Positions 11,298-24,393 of a stretch of 39,807 nt of DNA are shown one piece after another (position 1 is the first letter of the stretch; every line of letters starts with the position of its first letter). The translations under genes and the position numbers were made by a program. The DNA is from Octopus bimaculoides (taxonomy: Eukaryota). The stretch covers positions 46,992,180 through 47,031,986 of the forward strand of contig NC_068992.1 of NCBI RefSeq assembly GCF_001194135.2, read 5' to 3'. The notes beneath the pieces were generated by a model. It had not been told where the DNA came from. It saw nothing but the letters and a program-made list of their open reading frames with translations, and did not search any database.

Positions 11298-11919
11298 AGG
11301 CACAGACGTAGCTGTGTGGTAAGAAGCTGGGTGGTAATAAGGCGGCGAACTGGCAGAAACGTTAGCACGCCGGGCGAAATGCTTCGCGGTATATCGTCTG
11401 CCGCACCGTTCTGAGTTCAAATTCCGCCGAGGTTGACTTTGCCTTTCATCCTTTTGGGGTCGATAAATTAAGTACCAGTTACGCACTGGAGTCGATGTAA
11501 TCGACTTAATCCTTTTGTCTGTCCTTGTTTGTCCCCTCTATGTTCAACCCCTTGTGGGCAGTAAAGAAATAAGAAGCTTGCTTCCCAACCACATGGTTCT
11601 GAGTTCAGTCTCATTGCGTGGCACCTTGGGCAAGTGACTTCTACTATAACCTCCGGCCGACCAACGCCTTATGAGTGGATTTGGTAGATGGAAACTGAAA
11701 GAAGCCCGCCGTATGTATATACATCTATGTGTGTGCGTATTTGTTTCTGCGTTTACGTCCCCGTAACCAAGCGGTTCAGCAAAAAAAATAATAAAACAAA
11801 AACAAAACGATAAAATAAATTCCAGACATAAAATGTCCTGGGGTCTATTCGCTCGACTGAAATTCACAAAAGCAGTGCCCCAGCATGACCACAGTCTAAT
11901 GACTGAAACAAGTAAAAGA
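11298..11919 (+). mobile_element. SINE family A, interrupted by a nested family B insertion
   Basis: Head aggcacagacgtagctgtgtggtaagaagct breaks at 11328 and resumes at 11570 (aagaagcttgcttcccaaccacatgg...ccttgggcaagtg...gactgaaacaagtaaaag). Confidence 0.85.
11341..11569 (+). mobile_element. Full-length SINE family B nested in family A
   Basis: A box tggcagaaacgttag, B box gagttcaaattcc, tail gtaaagaaataagaa. taagaagct is duplicated at 11320-11328 and 11570-11578. Confidence 0.88.
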
Positions 11920-12154
11920 CACAAGGTAAATAGCTCCTTAGACAATAAATTTCTTCAGTCGACTGGGACCCCAGATAGAGAGATAGATTGATAGACAGAA
12001 AGGTGAATATTTGGATAAATAGATAGATTGAGAGATGGATAGATAGCTAGATAGATAGACCGATGGATGATAGACATAGAGATAGATAGACAAATAGACA
12101 GAGAAATGGATAGATTTATAGTTAGATAAATAGATAGATAGATTGGTAAATATG

Positions 12155-12207
<53 letters not shown>

Positions 12208-12234
12208 GGGCAGANNNNNNNNNNGGTAAATATG

Positions 12235-12287
<53 letters not shown>

Positions 12288-12485
12288 GGGCAGACAGATA
12301 GATAAAGATGGAGTGTGAATTTGAAAGTGAAGGTGAGATAGAGATGATGATGAGAAAAATAGTGGAGAGAGATAGTGGTGAGAGAAAAAAGGGAGCAAGA
12401 GACAGATTGTGAGGAGAGAGAGAGAGAGANNNNNNNNNNNNNNNNNNNNNNNNNNNNNNNNNNNNNNNNNNNNNNNNNNNNNNNN

Positions 12486-12524
<39 letters not shown>

Positions 12525-12858
12525 GTTGAGAGATAGATAATAGCAGTGTATGTTACACTAAAATGCAGACTGATGATATTGTAATAAAGCACTTAAGACA
12601 CACACTTTAAATAAACAAATGTGTGTGTGTGTGTTGTGTGTGAATGTATAAAACAGAGTATACAAATGTATAAAACACCTTTAAAAAAACTGTATTCAAA
12701 TGTAATTGTGCGCGTGTACACACACATACACACACGCACACACCATCTACCCACACACGCGTGCGCGCGCACACATTCACATATACACAAGCATCCGTGT
12801 ATGTTTATATATGTGTGTATGTAATATGTGTGCGAAAGAGAGGATAATATATTTGCGT

Positions 12859-12900
<42 letters not shown>

Positions 12901-13183
12901 GGGGAAGAGAAAGTGATGTGAAAACCACTCAAAATGGAGAGAAAAGAACATTTTAAGATATTCAATTTCTAACAAAAATGGCACAAAACACTCAAAAACA
13001 AAATCCTATAATGTCTCACACACACACACACACACGTTCACGCATTCATACACACATATTCTCACATGCACACATACACACAATATGTACACATACACAC
13101 AATATGTATACATATACACACATACATTCAAACACACACTCGGACACATTTTCTTTTGCTCCATCACTCTACTAACACCTCTG

Positions 13184-13248
<65 letters not shown>

Positions 13249-14224
13249 GAAGAAGAAAATAAATATAATTGAACGAGAAAAATATAGGAATAAAATGAGG
13301 GTAGATCNNNNNNNNNNNNNNNNNNNNNNNNNNNNNNNNNNNNNNNNNNNNNNNNNNNNNNNNNNNNNNNNNNNNNNNNNNNNNNNNNNNNNNNNNNNNN
13401 NNNNNNNNNNNNNNNNNNNNNNNNNNNNNNNNNNNNNNNNNNNNNNNNNNNNNNNNNNNNNNNNNNNNNNNNNNNNNNNNNNNNNNNNNNNNNNNNNNNN
13501 NNNNNNNNNNNNNNNNNNNNNNNNNNNNNNNNNNNNNNNNNNNNNNNNNNNNNNNNNNNNNNNNNNNNNNNNNNNNNNNNNNNNNNNNNNNNNNNNNNNN
13601 NNNNNNNNNNNNNNNNNNNNNNNNNNNNNNNNNNNNNNNNNNNNNNNNNNNNNNNNNNNNNNNNNNNNNNNNNNNNNNNNNNNNNNNNNNNNNNNNNNNN
13701 NNNNNNNNNNNNNNNNNNNNNNNNNNNNNNNNNNNNNNNNNNNNNNNNNNNNNNNNNNNNNNNNNNNNNNNNNNNNNNNNNNNNNNNNNNNNNNNNNNNN
13801 NNNNNNNNNNNNNNNNNNNNNNNNNNNNNNNNNNNNNNNNNNNNNNNNNNNNNNNNNNNNNNNNNNNNNNNNNNNNNNNNNNNNNNNNNNNNNNNNNNNN
13901 NNNNNNNNNNNNNNNNNNNNNNNNNNNNNNNNNNNNNNNNNNNNNNNNNNNNNNNNNNNNNNNNNNNNNNNNNNNNNNNNNNNNNNNNNNNNNNNNNNNN
14001 NNNNNNNNNNNNNNNNNNCTGCAATGCGTTGGTGAGTGAATCTTTGTTAAGGTGGTGGAGGTGGGGCTCAACTCAGGTGTAAGAAACCTGCAAAGACCCA
14101 GCAAAGAACCTTTTCTGTGCAAAAAAAAAAAAAAAAAAAAGAAACCAACAAAGAAGCCACTATGTAGTCGCTGGACTTGGTAGAAATAGAAGCTAATTCG
14201 TAAATTTTTAGTATAATTCATTTT

Positions 14225-14410
14225 TCATCTTTTACTAGTTTCAGTCATTAGACTGCGGCCGCGTTGGCGGCAGTGCCTCGATAGGTTTAGGCAAAGAAAT
14301 GCACACCATTATTAATTTTTTTGAAAGTCTGGTACTTATTCTATCGTACCCTTTTGCCGAATCGCTTAGGTTACGGGGATGTAAACCAACCAACACCGAT
14401 TGTCAAACAA
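14225..14410 (-). mobile_element. SINE family A 3' half
   Basis: ttttactagtttcagtcattagactgcggcc...ttttgccgaatcgcttaggttacgggga is the reverse complement of 17960-18085. Confidence 0.75.
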
Positions 14411-15228
14411 TGGGAGACAAACAAACACAAAGAGATACACACCTATACCTACCTACCTACCTACCTACTTACTTACCTGCCTACCTACTTAAATCTACAC
14501 CCACATATTATTTTATTTATTTAAGCGCCCTTTNNNNNNNNNNNNNNNNNNNNNNNNNNNNNNNNNNNNNNNNNNNNNNNNNNNNNNNNNNNNNNNNNNN
14601 NNNNNNNNNNNNNNNNNNNNNNNNNNNNNNNNNNNNNNNNNNNNNNNNNNNNNNNNNNNNNNNNNNNNNNNNNNNNNNNNNNNNNNNNNNNNNNNNNNNN
14701 NNNNNNNNNNNNNNNNNNNNNNNNNNNNNNNNNNNNNNNNNNNNNNNNNNNNNNNNNNNNNNNNNNNNNNNNNNNNNNNNNNNNNNNNNNNNNNNNNNNN
14801 NNNNNNNNNNNNNNNNNNNNNNNNNNNNNNNNNNNNNNNNNNNNNNNNNNNNNNNNNNNNNNNNNNNNNNNNNNNNNNNNNNNNNNNNNNNNNNNNNNNN
14901 NNNNNNNNNNNNNNNNNNNNNNNNNNNNNNNNNNNNNNNNNNNNNNNNNNNNNNNNNNNNNNNNNNNNNNNNNNNNNNNNNNNNNNNNNNNNNNNNNNNN
15001 NNNNNNNNNNNNNNNNNNNNNNNNNNNNNNNNNNNNNNNNNNNNNNNNNNNNNNNNNNNNNNNNNNNNNNNNNNNNNNNNNNNNNNNNNNNNNNNNNNNN
15101 NNNNNNNNNNNNNNNNNNNNNNNNNNNNNNNNNNNNNNNNNNNNNNNNNNNNNNNNNNNTAGAAAGAAAAAAGCCGGACAGTCACAGCTGGAACGCCCTG
15201 CCAGACCAGGTGTCTTATCTAGGAATAA

Positions 15229-15319
<91 letters not shown>

Positions 15320-16879
15320 CTTCTTCTTCTTCTTCTTCTTCTTCTTCTTCCAGTTTAAGACTACTAAAGTGATATTGGTTAGCAGACAATTTTTACAAGG
15401 ATAAGATATTAAGCCCCAAATAACTTACTTTTTTTTAAAAAGCTGAACAGGAATTGTTAACTGGTCTTTTGTAATAAATATTTCGTTAAATGTATCTGTC
15501 ATATCATTGTCGAACCAACAACAACAACAACAACAACAACAACGACAACAAAAATCACACACTCGCTCAATGTGGTTGAAATAAGAAAATCGAAAAGCGG
15601 AAGCAATCATAAAAAAAGAAAAAAAAAAAAGATGTATAAAGGTCGCCTTCGGCTTGGAAAATGATCTGTCTTGTAGTATTATTGTTTCGTTTTTAATGAA
15701 TATTTTGCAATAGCTGACGACTTGAAAAGCAAAATTATTAACATTTAAGTGGCAGCTAATGTAAAAATAAAAAAAGAAGGAGGGGAAAAAGAGAAAAAGA
15801 TTAATTTTGAGTAAAATTCAATATCAATTTTAATAAGAATTTAAATATTTATTTCCTTGAAGAAAAGAACTGAGAANNNNNNNNNNNNNNNNNNNNNNNN
15901 NNNNNNNNNNNNNNNNNNNNNNNNNNNNNNNNNNNNNNNNNNNNNNNNNNNNNNNNNNNNNNNNNNNNNNNNNNNNNNNNNNNNNNNNNNNNNNNNNNNN
16001 NNNNNNNNNNNNNNNNNNNNNNNNNNNNNNNNNNNNNNNNNNNNNNNNNNNNNNNNNNNNNNNNNNNNNNNNNNNNNNNNNNNNNNNNNNNNNNNNNNNN
16101 NNNNNNNNNNNNNNNNNNNNNNNNNNNNNNNNNNNNNNNNNNNNNNNNNNNNNNNNNNNNNNNNNNNNNNNNNNNNNNNNNNNNNNNNNNNNNNNNNNNN
16201 NNNNNNNNNNNNNNNNNNNNNNNNNNNNNNNNNNNNNNNNNNNNNNNNNNNNNNNNNNNNNNNNNNNNNNNNNNNNNNNNNNNNNNNNNNNNNNNNNNNN
16301 NNNNNNNNNNNNNNNNNNNNNNNNNNNNNNNNNNNNNNNNNNNNNNNNNNNNNNNNNNNNNNNNNNNNNNNNNNNNNNNNNNNNNNNNNNNNNNNNNNNN
16401 NNNNNNNNNNNNNNNNNNNNNNNNNNNNNNNNNNNNNNNNNNNNNNNNNNNNNNNNNNNNNNNNNNNNNNNNNNNNNNNNNNNNNNNNNNNNNNNNNNNN
16501 NNNNNNNNNNNNNNNNNNNNNNNNNNNNNNNNNNNNNNNNNNNNNNNNNNNNNNNNNNNNNNNNNNNNNNNNNNNNNNNNNNNNNNNNNNNNNNNNNNNN
16601 NNNNNNNNNNNNNNNNNNNNNNNNNNNNNNNNNNNNNNNNNNNNNNNNNNNNNNNNNNNNNNNNNNNNNNNNNNNNNNNNNNNNNNNNNNNNNNNNNNNN
16701 NNNNNNNNNNNNNNNNNAATGTATCACAGGGGATTTTTTTTTTTTTTTTGCTGGAGCAGGATTTGCCTTTCATTCTTCCGAGATCGATACAATAAAGTAT
16801 AAGTAAAGTACTAGGGTTGATCCCTCCCGCCTTAAAAAAATTACCTCCTTGTGTCTAAATCAAAAAAACAATATTCTTT

Positions 16880-16960
16880 TCTAATCTAGGCACAAGGCCC
16901 GAAATTTTTAGGGAGGGGGCCAGTCAATTAGATCGATCCCAGTATGTAACTGGTACTTAC
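16880..16960 (-). mobile_element. SINE family B 3' fragment
   Basis: ggcacaaggcccgaaatttt...gatcgatcccagtatgtaactggtactta matches the 9780-9855 and 19160-19230 copies. Confidence 0.65.
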
Positions 16961-17184
16961 ACCTTCCTCCCATTGCAACAGTAATCTCACAATCACGGCC
17001 CTTCGTAACTATAATGGCCCGTTGTCATTTATCAGCTTTCACTTCTCCTTTTCTATCTCCTTTCCGTCCTTTCCTTCCTGGTCGGATCTGATTTGAAGGA
17101 ATACATGGCTGCTTCTTTTAGCAAGCGAAAACGACCACATAGAAGGTCCCTAATTGTGTCGCTCGCACAGCAAATCCGCTGCTG

Positions 17185-17230
<46 letters not shown>

Positions 17231-17371
17231 GACNNNNNNNNNNNNNNNNNNNNNNNNNNNNNNNNNNNNNNNNNNNNNNNNNNNNNNNNNNNNNNNNNNN
17301 NNNNNNNNNNNNNNNNNNNNNNNNNNNNNNNNNNNNNNNNNNNNNNNNNNNNNNNNNNNNNNNCCACCACC

Positions 17372-17444
<73 letters not shown>

Positions 17445-17707
17445 GTGCTGCCGCTACTCTGCTGCTCTTGTAATCCCTTGTTGACTTCTTCACCGTTTCT
17501 GTAATCTTCTGACATTATTACCTTCCCATAACTGTTCCGTTCCGACCGTAATCTCTCGCCATCTTGCTTCCAACTCCTCTTTCTTTTATTCCTTCTTCTC
17601 TGGCGACCATTTAATACAGCTCAGCTGGAGATTCTCACCGATTCATTCAAGGCTCATCACCACATTCCCTCTCCAGTTTCCGCCAATTCTTCAGTTATAT
17701 ACATATA

Positions 17708-18115
17708 GGCGCAGGAGTGGCTGTGTGGTAAGTAGCTTGCTTACCAACCACATGGTTCCGGGTTCAGTCCCACTGCGTGGCACCGCCTTGGGAAAGTGTC
17801 TTCTACTATAGCCTCGGGCTGACCAAACCCTGTGAGTGGATATGGTAGACGGAAACTGAAAGAAGCCCGTCGTATATACGTGTGTGTGTTTTTGTGTGTG
17901 TGTTTGTGTGTCTGTTTGTCTTCCAGCATCGCTTGACAACCGATGCTGGTGTGTTTACGTTCCCCGTAACTTAGCGGTTCGGCAAAAGAGACCGATAGAA
18001 TACAAAGAATAAGTTCTGGGGTCGATTTGCGCGACTAAAGGCAGTGCTCCAGCATGGCCGCAGTCAAATGACTGAAACAAGTAAAAAAGTAAAAGAATAA
18101 AAGAATAAAAGAATA
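17708..18115 (+). mobile_element. Full-length tRNA-headed SINE, family A
   Basis: A box TGGCTGTGTGG, B box GGTTCAGTCCC, a ccttggg(a)aagtgtctt central block, an internal (TG)n tract and an (AAAAGAAT)n tail. Confidence 0.9.
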
Positions 18116-18571
18116 TGTGTATGTATGTGTGTGTGTGTACACTCATGTATGTTATATGTGAATACACACGCATATGTGAGTACATATAATTCATCTATCT
18201 TTGTTTTAGTCCGAACAAACCGTCCCTAGTACATATTTTATTTAAGCCTGGTATTTACTCTATCGGTCTCTTTTGCCGTTCTTTCTTTCTTTCTTTCTTT
18301 CGCTTCCCTCTCTCTCCCTACCCATCTCCCCCATCTCTCAGTATACCAACTGCGACACACAAACACACTCACACACGCACACACGCACACACGCACACAC
18401 ACACACACTTACAGCAAACACACACAGAAACACACACACACACACACAAACACAAACATACATGCACACGTACACACACAAACACACACTCACGCACACT
18501 CTCTCCCTCACACACACGCACACTCACACACACAGGCATACATACACACAGAGGCATACATTCACAGACAG

Positions 18572-18620
<49 letters not shown>

Positions 18621-19140
18621 TACAAACACTCATACAAACATACACATACACACACACACTCGCACATACACAGACATACATTCACATACAAATACCCCCT
18701 ACACCCCCCTCTGATTCTTCCATTCCTTATCTGTCCATAAGTTAACAGCGAATTTCTCTTCCCTTTCCTCTCAGTTCAACACCAATGAATCTCTTCCTCT
18801 CTCTGTCTCTGTCTCTCTCCCTCTCTCTCTCTCTCACTCTCTCTTATTCGTTATCACCACTTCCTTATAACGTACCTCTGACCCTCACTTTGTGACCAGA
18901 CATTCCCCCCCTCTCTCTCTCACACCATCTCTCAAAGCCTTCAAACGGTCACTCGTCTGTTCGAAATAGAAACCAAATCTCCCTCAAATCATTCTACCGT
19001 CTTAAATGAAGTGAAGATACATCGGACAATTTACACCCTGATGTATAAAAAGAGGGGATGGTCACAAATGGAACGCGGTCGATTAGATTCCGGCTCGATA
19101 ATGCTTATGAGGACAATAAACAAGGCCTCAACGACTACAA

Positions 19141-19257
19141 ATAATATCGGTTTCAAATTTTGGCACAAGGCAAACAATTTCGGAGGAGGGGGTAAATCGA
19201 TTACATCGACCCCAGTGCGCGACTGGTACTTAATTTATCGACCCGGAAAGGATGACA
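19141..19257 (-). mobile_element. SINE family B 3' fragment
   Basis: ggtttcaaattttggcacaagg...gattacatcgaccccagtg...tttatcgacccggaaaggatga. Confidence 0.75.
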
Positions 19258-19372
19258 GAATAGCATCACCACCTTATTACATCGCAACCACTTCACACAA
19301 CCACCATTACCCAGCTACCATGCTATCGCAACGCCATTTACCTATTATCGCAACAAATGTCAACAACACCGT

Positions 19373-19403
<31 letters not shown>

Positions 19404-20137
19404 GCCGCCATTGTCGTGTCCACCACCACCAGCACCACCAGCACCACCACCACCNNNNNNNNNNNNNNNNNNNNNNNNNNNNNNNNNNNNNNNNNNNNNN
19501 NNNNNNNNNNNNNNNNNNNNNNNNNNNNNNNNNNNNNNNNNNNNNNNNNNNNNNNNNNNNNNNNNNNNNNNNNNNNNNNNNNNNNNNNNNNNNNNNNNNN
19601 NNNNNNNNNNNNNNNNNNNNNNNNNNNNNNNNNNNNNNNNNNNNNNNNNNNNNNNNNNNNNNNNNNNNNNNNNNNNNGACGACGACCACCACCACCACCA
19701 CTACCACCACCACCACTTTAACGTTGGTAAATTCGTTGGAAAAATAGGATTAAATTGACGCTTATAAACAAATATTTTCTTCACATTTACCCCCCTCCCC
19801 CTGATTTTCGCTTGTATATATTTATATGTTTGTCTTACTCTTTCTGGTCCTCAAGAAGTTCGAGACGACGACGACGACTGTGACGATGACGATGATGATG
19901 ATAATGCTGACGACGACGATGATGATGACGGTGATTGGCAATGATAATAATGACGACCACGAAGGCGACACATGAAAATGATGATGTCGTGAAACAAAAT
20001 GGCGGATCAGATGAAAAAGAAAATAATTTCTATAATGTATTTATATATTTTCCCATTTCATCGTCTTTCTTCTGCCGCTCTTTTTGTAAATACAACTCAT
20101 TCTTCTTTCATCGATTTTCTTTCACTTTTCCATTAAA

Positions 20138-20221
<84 letters not shown>

Positions 20222-20514
20222 GCACTCTTCCATACATACATACTTACATACACACACATATATATCGAAGTGTAGTATCTTTCTTCCTCGCTTTCTCCCC
20301 CCTCTCTCTCTCTAAATATATATATATACACACATCCATGAGTGTGTGTGTGTGTGTGTGTATACATATATATAAATATACACACACACATATATATATT
20401 CATACATATACACACACACACACATGAGCAAGCCTTTTCAGTTGTTGTTCTTATTAATATGTATTTTGGGGGTTCTCAATACGGCATTTTGGTTTTACTG
20501 TATCGATAAATTCA

Positions 20515-20825
<311 letters not shown>

Positions 20826-20855
20826 TTTACTTTCCCCCCATGTTTTTTTAGTTTA

Positions 20856-20892
<37 letters not shown>

Positions 20893-21616
20893 NNNNNNNN
20901 NNNNNNNNNNNNNNNNNNNNNNNNNNNNNNNNNNNNNNNNNNNNNNNNNNNNNNNNNNNNNNNNNNNNNNNNNNNNNNNNNNNNNNNNNNNNNNNNNNNN
21001 NNNNNNNNNNNNNNNNNNNNNNNNNNNNNNNNNNNNNNNNNNNNNNNNNNNNNNNNNNNNNNNNNNNNNNNNNNNNNNNNNNNNNNNNNNNNNNNNNNNN
21101 NNNNNNNNNNNNNNNNNNNNNNNNNNNNNNNNNNNNNNNNNNNNNNNNNNNNNNNNNNNNNNNNNNNNNNNNNNNNNNNNNNNNNNNNNNNNNNNNNNNN
21201 NNNNNNNNNNNNNNNNNNNNNNNNNNNNNNNNNNNNNNNNNNNNNNNNNNNNNNNNNNNNNNNNNNNNNNNNNNNNNNNNNNNNNNNNNNNNNNNNNNNN
21301 NNNNNNNNNNNNNNNNNNNNNNNNNNNNNNNNNNNNNNNNNNNNNNNNNNNNNNNNNNNNNNNNNNNNNNNNNNNNNNNNNNNNNNNNNNNNNNNNNNNN
21401 NNNNNNNNNNNNNNNNNNNNNNNNNNNNNNNNNNNNNNNNNNNNNNNNNNNNNNNNNNNNNNNNNNNNNNNNNNNNNNNNNNNNNNNNNNNNNNNNNNNN
21501 NNNNNNNNNNNNNNNNNNNNNNNNNNNNNNNNNNNNNNNNNNNNNNNNNNNNNNNNNNNNNNNNNNNNNNNNNNNNNNNNNNNNNNNNNNNNNNNNNNNN
21601 NNNNNNNNNNNNNNNN

Positions 21617-21675
<59 letters not shown>

Positions 21676-22295
21676 TAGAGAGAGATAAAGGGAGATGGAG
21701 AGAAAGGGTGAGAAAGAGTGTGTGGATGTGTTTGTAAGTGTGTGTGTGTATGTGTGTATGTATGCGCATTGGTGTGTGTTTATGTGAGGGCAGAGAGGGA
21801 GAGAGAGAGAGGGGGAGGAAAGAGAGAGAGAGGGAGGGAAGGAGAGAGAGAGAGGGAGGGAAGGAGAGAGAGAAAGAGAGAGAAAGATACATTCCTTACA
21901 ATTAGAAAGGACCAGGTTTAGCAGAACCAAAATATAGTCATGTCCTTTGTAAAATGTTTGTGGGATTTCAACATGTTATCCATCTTCGGTATAATGTAGA
22001 GTTTGAATTAGATGAAGTCACCGAGCGGTTTAAATGTATAAGCCCCTGATATCAAGTGGCTAAAAATTATCAGAAGAAGGGCACCGAGGGGTTATGACTT
22101 GGACCCCTTAGCGTGTAAGAAGTTAAGGGCCGAAGCATTTGTTTGAAGGGTGTTTCCTCTCTGAAGGCCAGCCGTTCAGCTCTCTCGGGAGAAATATAAC
22201 AGTTTAACAAAGATTCTATCTGTATTAAAGAGGTTTGAGGTTCAACTAAATTTCAAAGTTTTTAAAAGTACAAATTGGACATCGGGGGATCGTAT

Positions 22296-22604
22296 GCACT
22301 AGGGTCGATATAATCGATTTAATCCGTTTGTCTGTCCTTGTTAGTCCCCTATATGTTTAGCCACTTGTGGGTAATAACGAAATAAGAAATGTTAGCACGC
22401 CGGGCAAAATGCTTAGCGGTATTTCGTCTGCCGCTACGTTCTGAGTTTAAATTCTGCCGAGGTCGACTTTGCCTTTCATCCTTTCGGGGTCGATAAATTA
22501 AGTACCAGTTACGCACTGGGTCGATATAATCGACTTAATCCGTTTGTCTGTCCTTGTTTGTCCCCTCTGTGTGTCGCGCCTTGTGGGCAGTAAAGAAATA
22601 AGAA
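22296..22604 (+). mobile_element. Head-to-tail partial dimer of SINE family B
   Basis: A 3' half (gcactagggtcgatataatcg...aataagaa) joins directly to a near-complete copy starting aaatgttagcacgccggg and ending gtaaagaaataagaa. Confidence 0.85.
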
Positions 22605-23110
22605 AAGTCACTGGTGAAATAAACGGATATTACATGAGTTAAATACATGAATACAGAACGACAGAACGACAATGAGTCCATGAGAGTCACTAAGAAATGG
22701 CTTTGCAAACGAGATTTTAAAACGCTCATCTGCGCAAAGTTAGCTTCTGTACACTTTCACTAAAAATGTAATCTTCATTAGAGTATATTATTCTTCATGT
22801 CTCTACTTGCCACACTTAAACTTCATATATACGCAAATTATGTTTTTTACAATTTTTCTTTCCAACCAAATTAATAATATCTTTTATTGCATTAAAGCAA
22901 CGTAGAACGTTAAGATTTATCAATTAATAATATAGTTAGATTTAAAAAAAAATTTTGTTGTATATCGGAAGGATCATTATGTTAATAATAAACACACGCG
23001 CTGATTCTATTTCACTTTTTATTTTTAGGATCGACTCTTGTATCTACTACATGAATAAACTACACTATCATTGTAGAATTCATACATACATACATACATA
23101 CATAATAATA

Positions 23111-23360
23111 AATGCGCCCTTTTAAAGCCTAGCCAGGTTCATGGAGCCGATTTCCCGGTTTCAATGGCGTATGTGTTCCCAACTGGACGGGACACCAGTC
23201 TATCGCAGCATTACTCATTTTTGCCAGCTGAGTGGACTGGAGCAACGTGAAAAGAAGTGTTTTGCTCAAGAACAGAACGCGTCGCCCGGTTCAGGAATCG
23301 AAACCACAATCTTACGATCATGATGCTAATACCTTAACCACTAAGCCACGCGCCTCCACA
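23111..23360 (-). mobile_element. Full-length tRNA-headed SINE, family C
   Basis: Minus strand GTGGAGGCGCGTGGCTTAGTGG...GGTTTCGATTCC...ttcttgagcaaaacactt...gcctggctaggctttaaaagggcgca. Confidence 0.88.
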
Positions 23361-23376
23361 CACACACACATACATG

Positions 23377-23407
<31 letters not shown>

Positions 23408-23720
23408 TTGTGGATGTGTTTGCGTGTTTGTATATATGAATATATGCATGTATATATGCGTATATATATGTATATATATCAACATCTATATCAATATATA
23501 TTTATATAAGAGAAAGTTGGTCACATGAGGTGTTGTGAATATTCGCTGGTGTCTGAGTATGTCTATGAATCTGCATATCTGCATATGTATGCGCGCGTGT
23601 GTGTGTGTGTGTGTGTATGTGTTGGTGTTTGAATGTATTGGAGTATTTGACCTTACCGTGTGTAGCTGCGCGCGCAGGTGTACGCGCGCGCGTGTATCAA
23701 TAAATTCAGAACTTTCTTAC

Positions 23721-23850
23721 CTTGTACACAAGTGACAGGGGTATTTTCTATCGCCTTGGTCAACACATCGCGTGTATTTAAGATGTTTGTCTCGATAATA
23801 TTTGTAGGCAAACACCTTTCCGCATCGGTCACACTGATATCCTTCACTGG
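23721..23850 (-). CDS. PRDM14: PRDM14 coding exon, first C2H2-type finger and start of the second (130 nt; phase 1 start, phase 2 end)
   Basis: Acceptor tccctttcag|CC and donor ACA AG|gtaaga. T from the upstream exon plus CC gives Ser, in frame. Translates SSEGYQCDRCGKVFAYKYYRDKHLKYTRCVDQGDRKYPCHLCT(R). The KYYRDKHLKYT motif is characteristic of PRDM14. Confidence 0.95.
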
Positions 23851-23996
23851 CTGAAAGGGATGAACAATAAATAAATAAGACGTTGATAGAAAAAACAGAA
23901 AATGGACTTATTACAATGTATGTATGTATGTATGTATGTATGTATGCACGCACACACGTAATATATTAAATATATATTTTATGTATTATATATAAG

Positions 23997-24047
<51 letters not shown>

Positions 24048-24362
24048 NNNNNNNNNNNNNNNNNNNNNNNNNNNNNNNNNNNNNNNNNNNNNNNNNNNNN
24101 NNNNNNNNNNNNNNNNNNNNNNNNNNNNNNNNNNNNNNNNNNNNNNNNNNNNNNNNNNNNNNNNNNNNNNNNNNNNNNNNNNNNNNNNNNNNNNNNNNNN
24201 NNNNNNNNNNNNNNNNNNNNNNNNNNNNNNNNNNNNNNNNNNNNNNNNNNNNNNNNNNNNNNNNNNNNNNNNNNNNNNNNNNNNNNNNNNNNNNNNNNNN
24301 NNNNNNNNNNNNNNNNNNNNNNNNNNNNNNNNNNNNNNNNNNNNNNNNNNNNNNNNNNNNNN

Positions 24363-24393
<31 letters not shown>

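Noticed and set aside
12146-12294. Duplicated block (ggtaaatatgtagatag...gatgggcaga) on both sides of a 10-N gap
   Set aside because: Most likely an unmerged contig overlap in a GATA tract.
14019-14110. Short GC-richer stretch with a ttgcag acceptor-like site next to a gap
   Set aside because: No recognisable peptide, and the flanking PRDM14 exons already join in phase without it.
17150-17515. ORF MSEDYRNGEEVNKGLQEQQSSGS(S)n
   Set aside because: The short unique start runs into (TAG/AGT)n repeats and a gap, with no homology or splice support.
17986-18272. GGTCTCT in SINE A tails resembling the mammalian PRDM14 motif (GGTCTCTAA as recalled)
   Set aside because: Only a 7-bp match with a mismatched 3' end. 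Too weak to argue for autoregulation or SINE binding.
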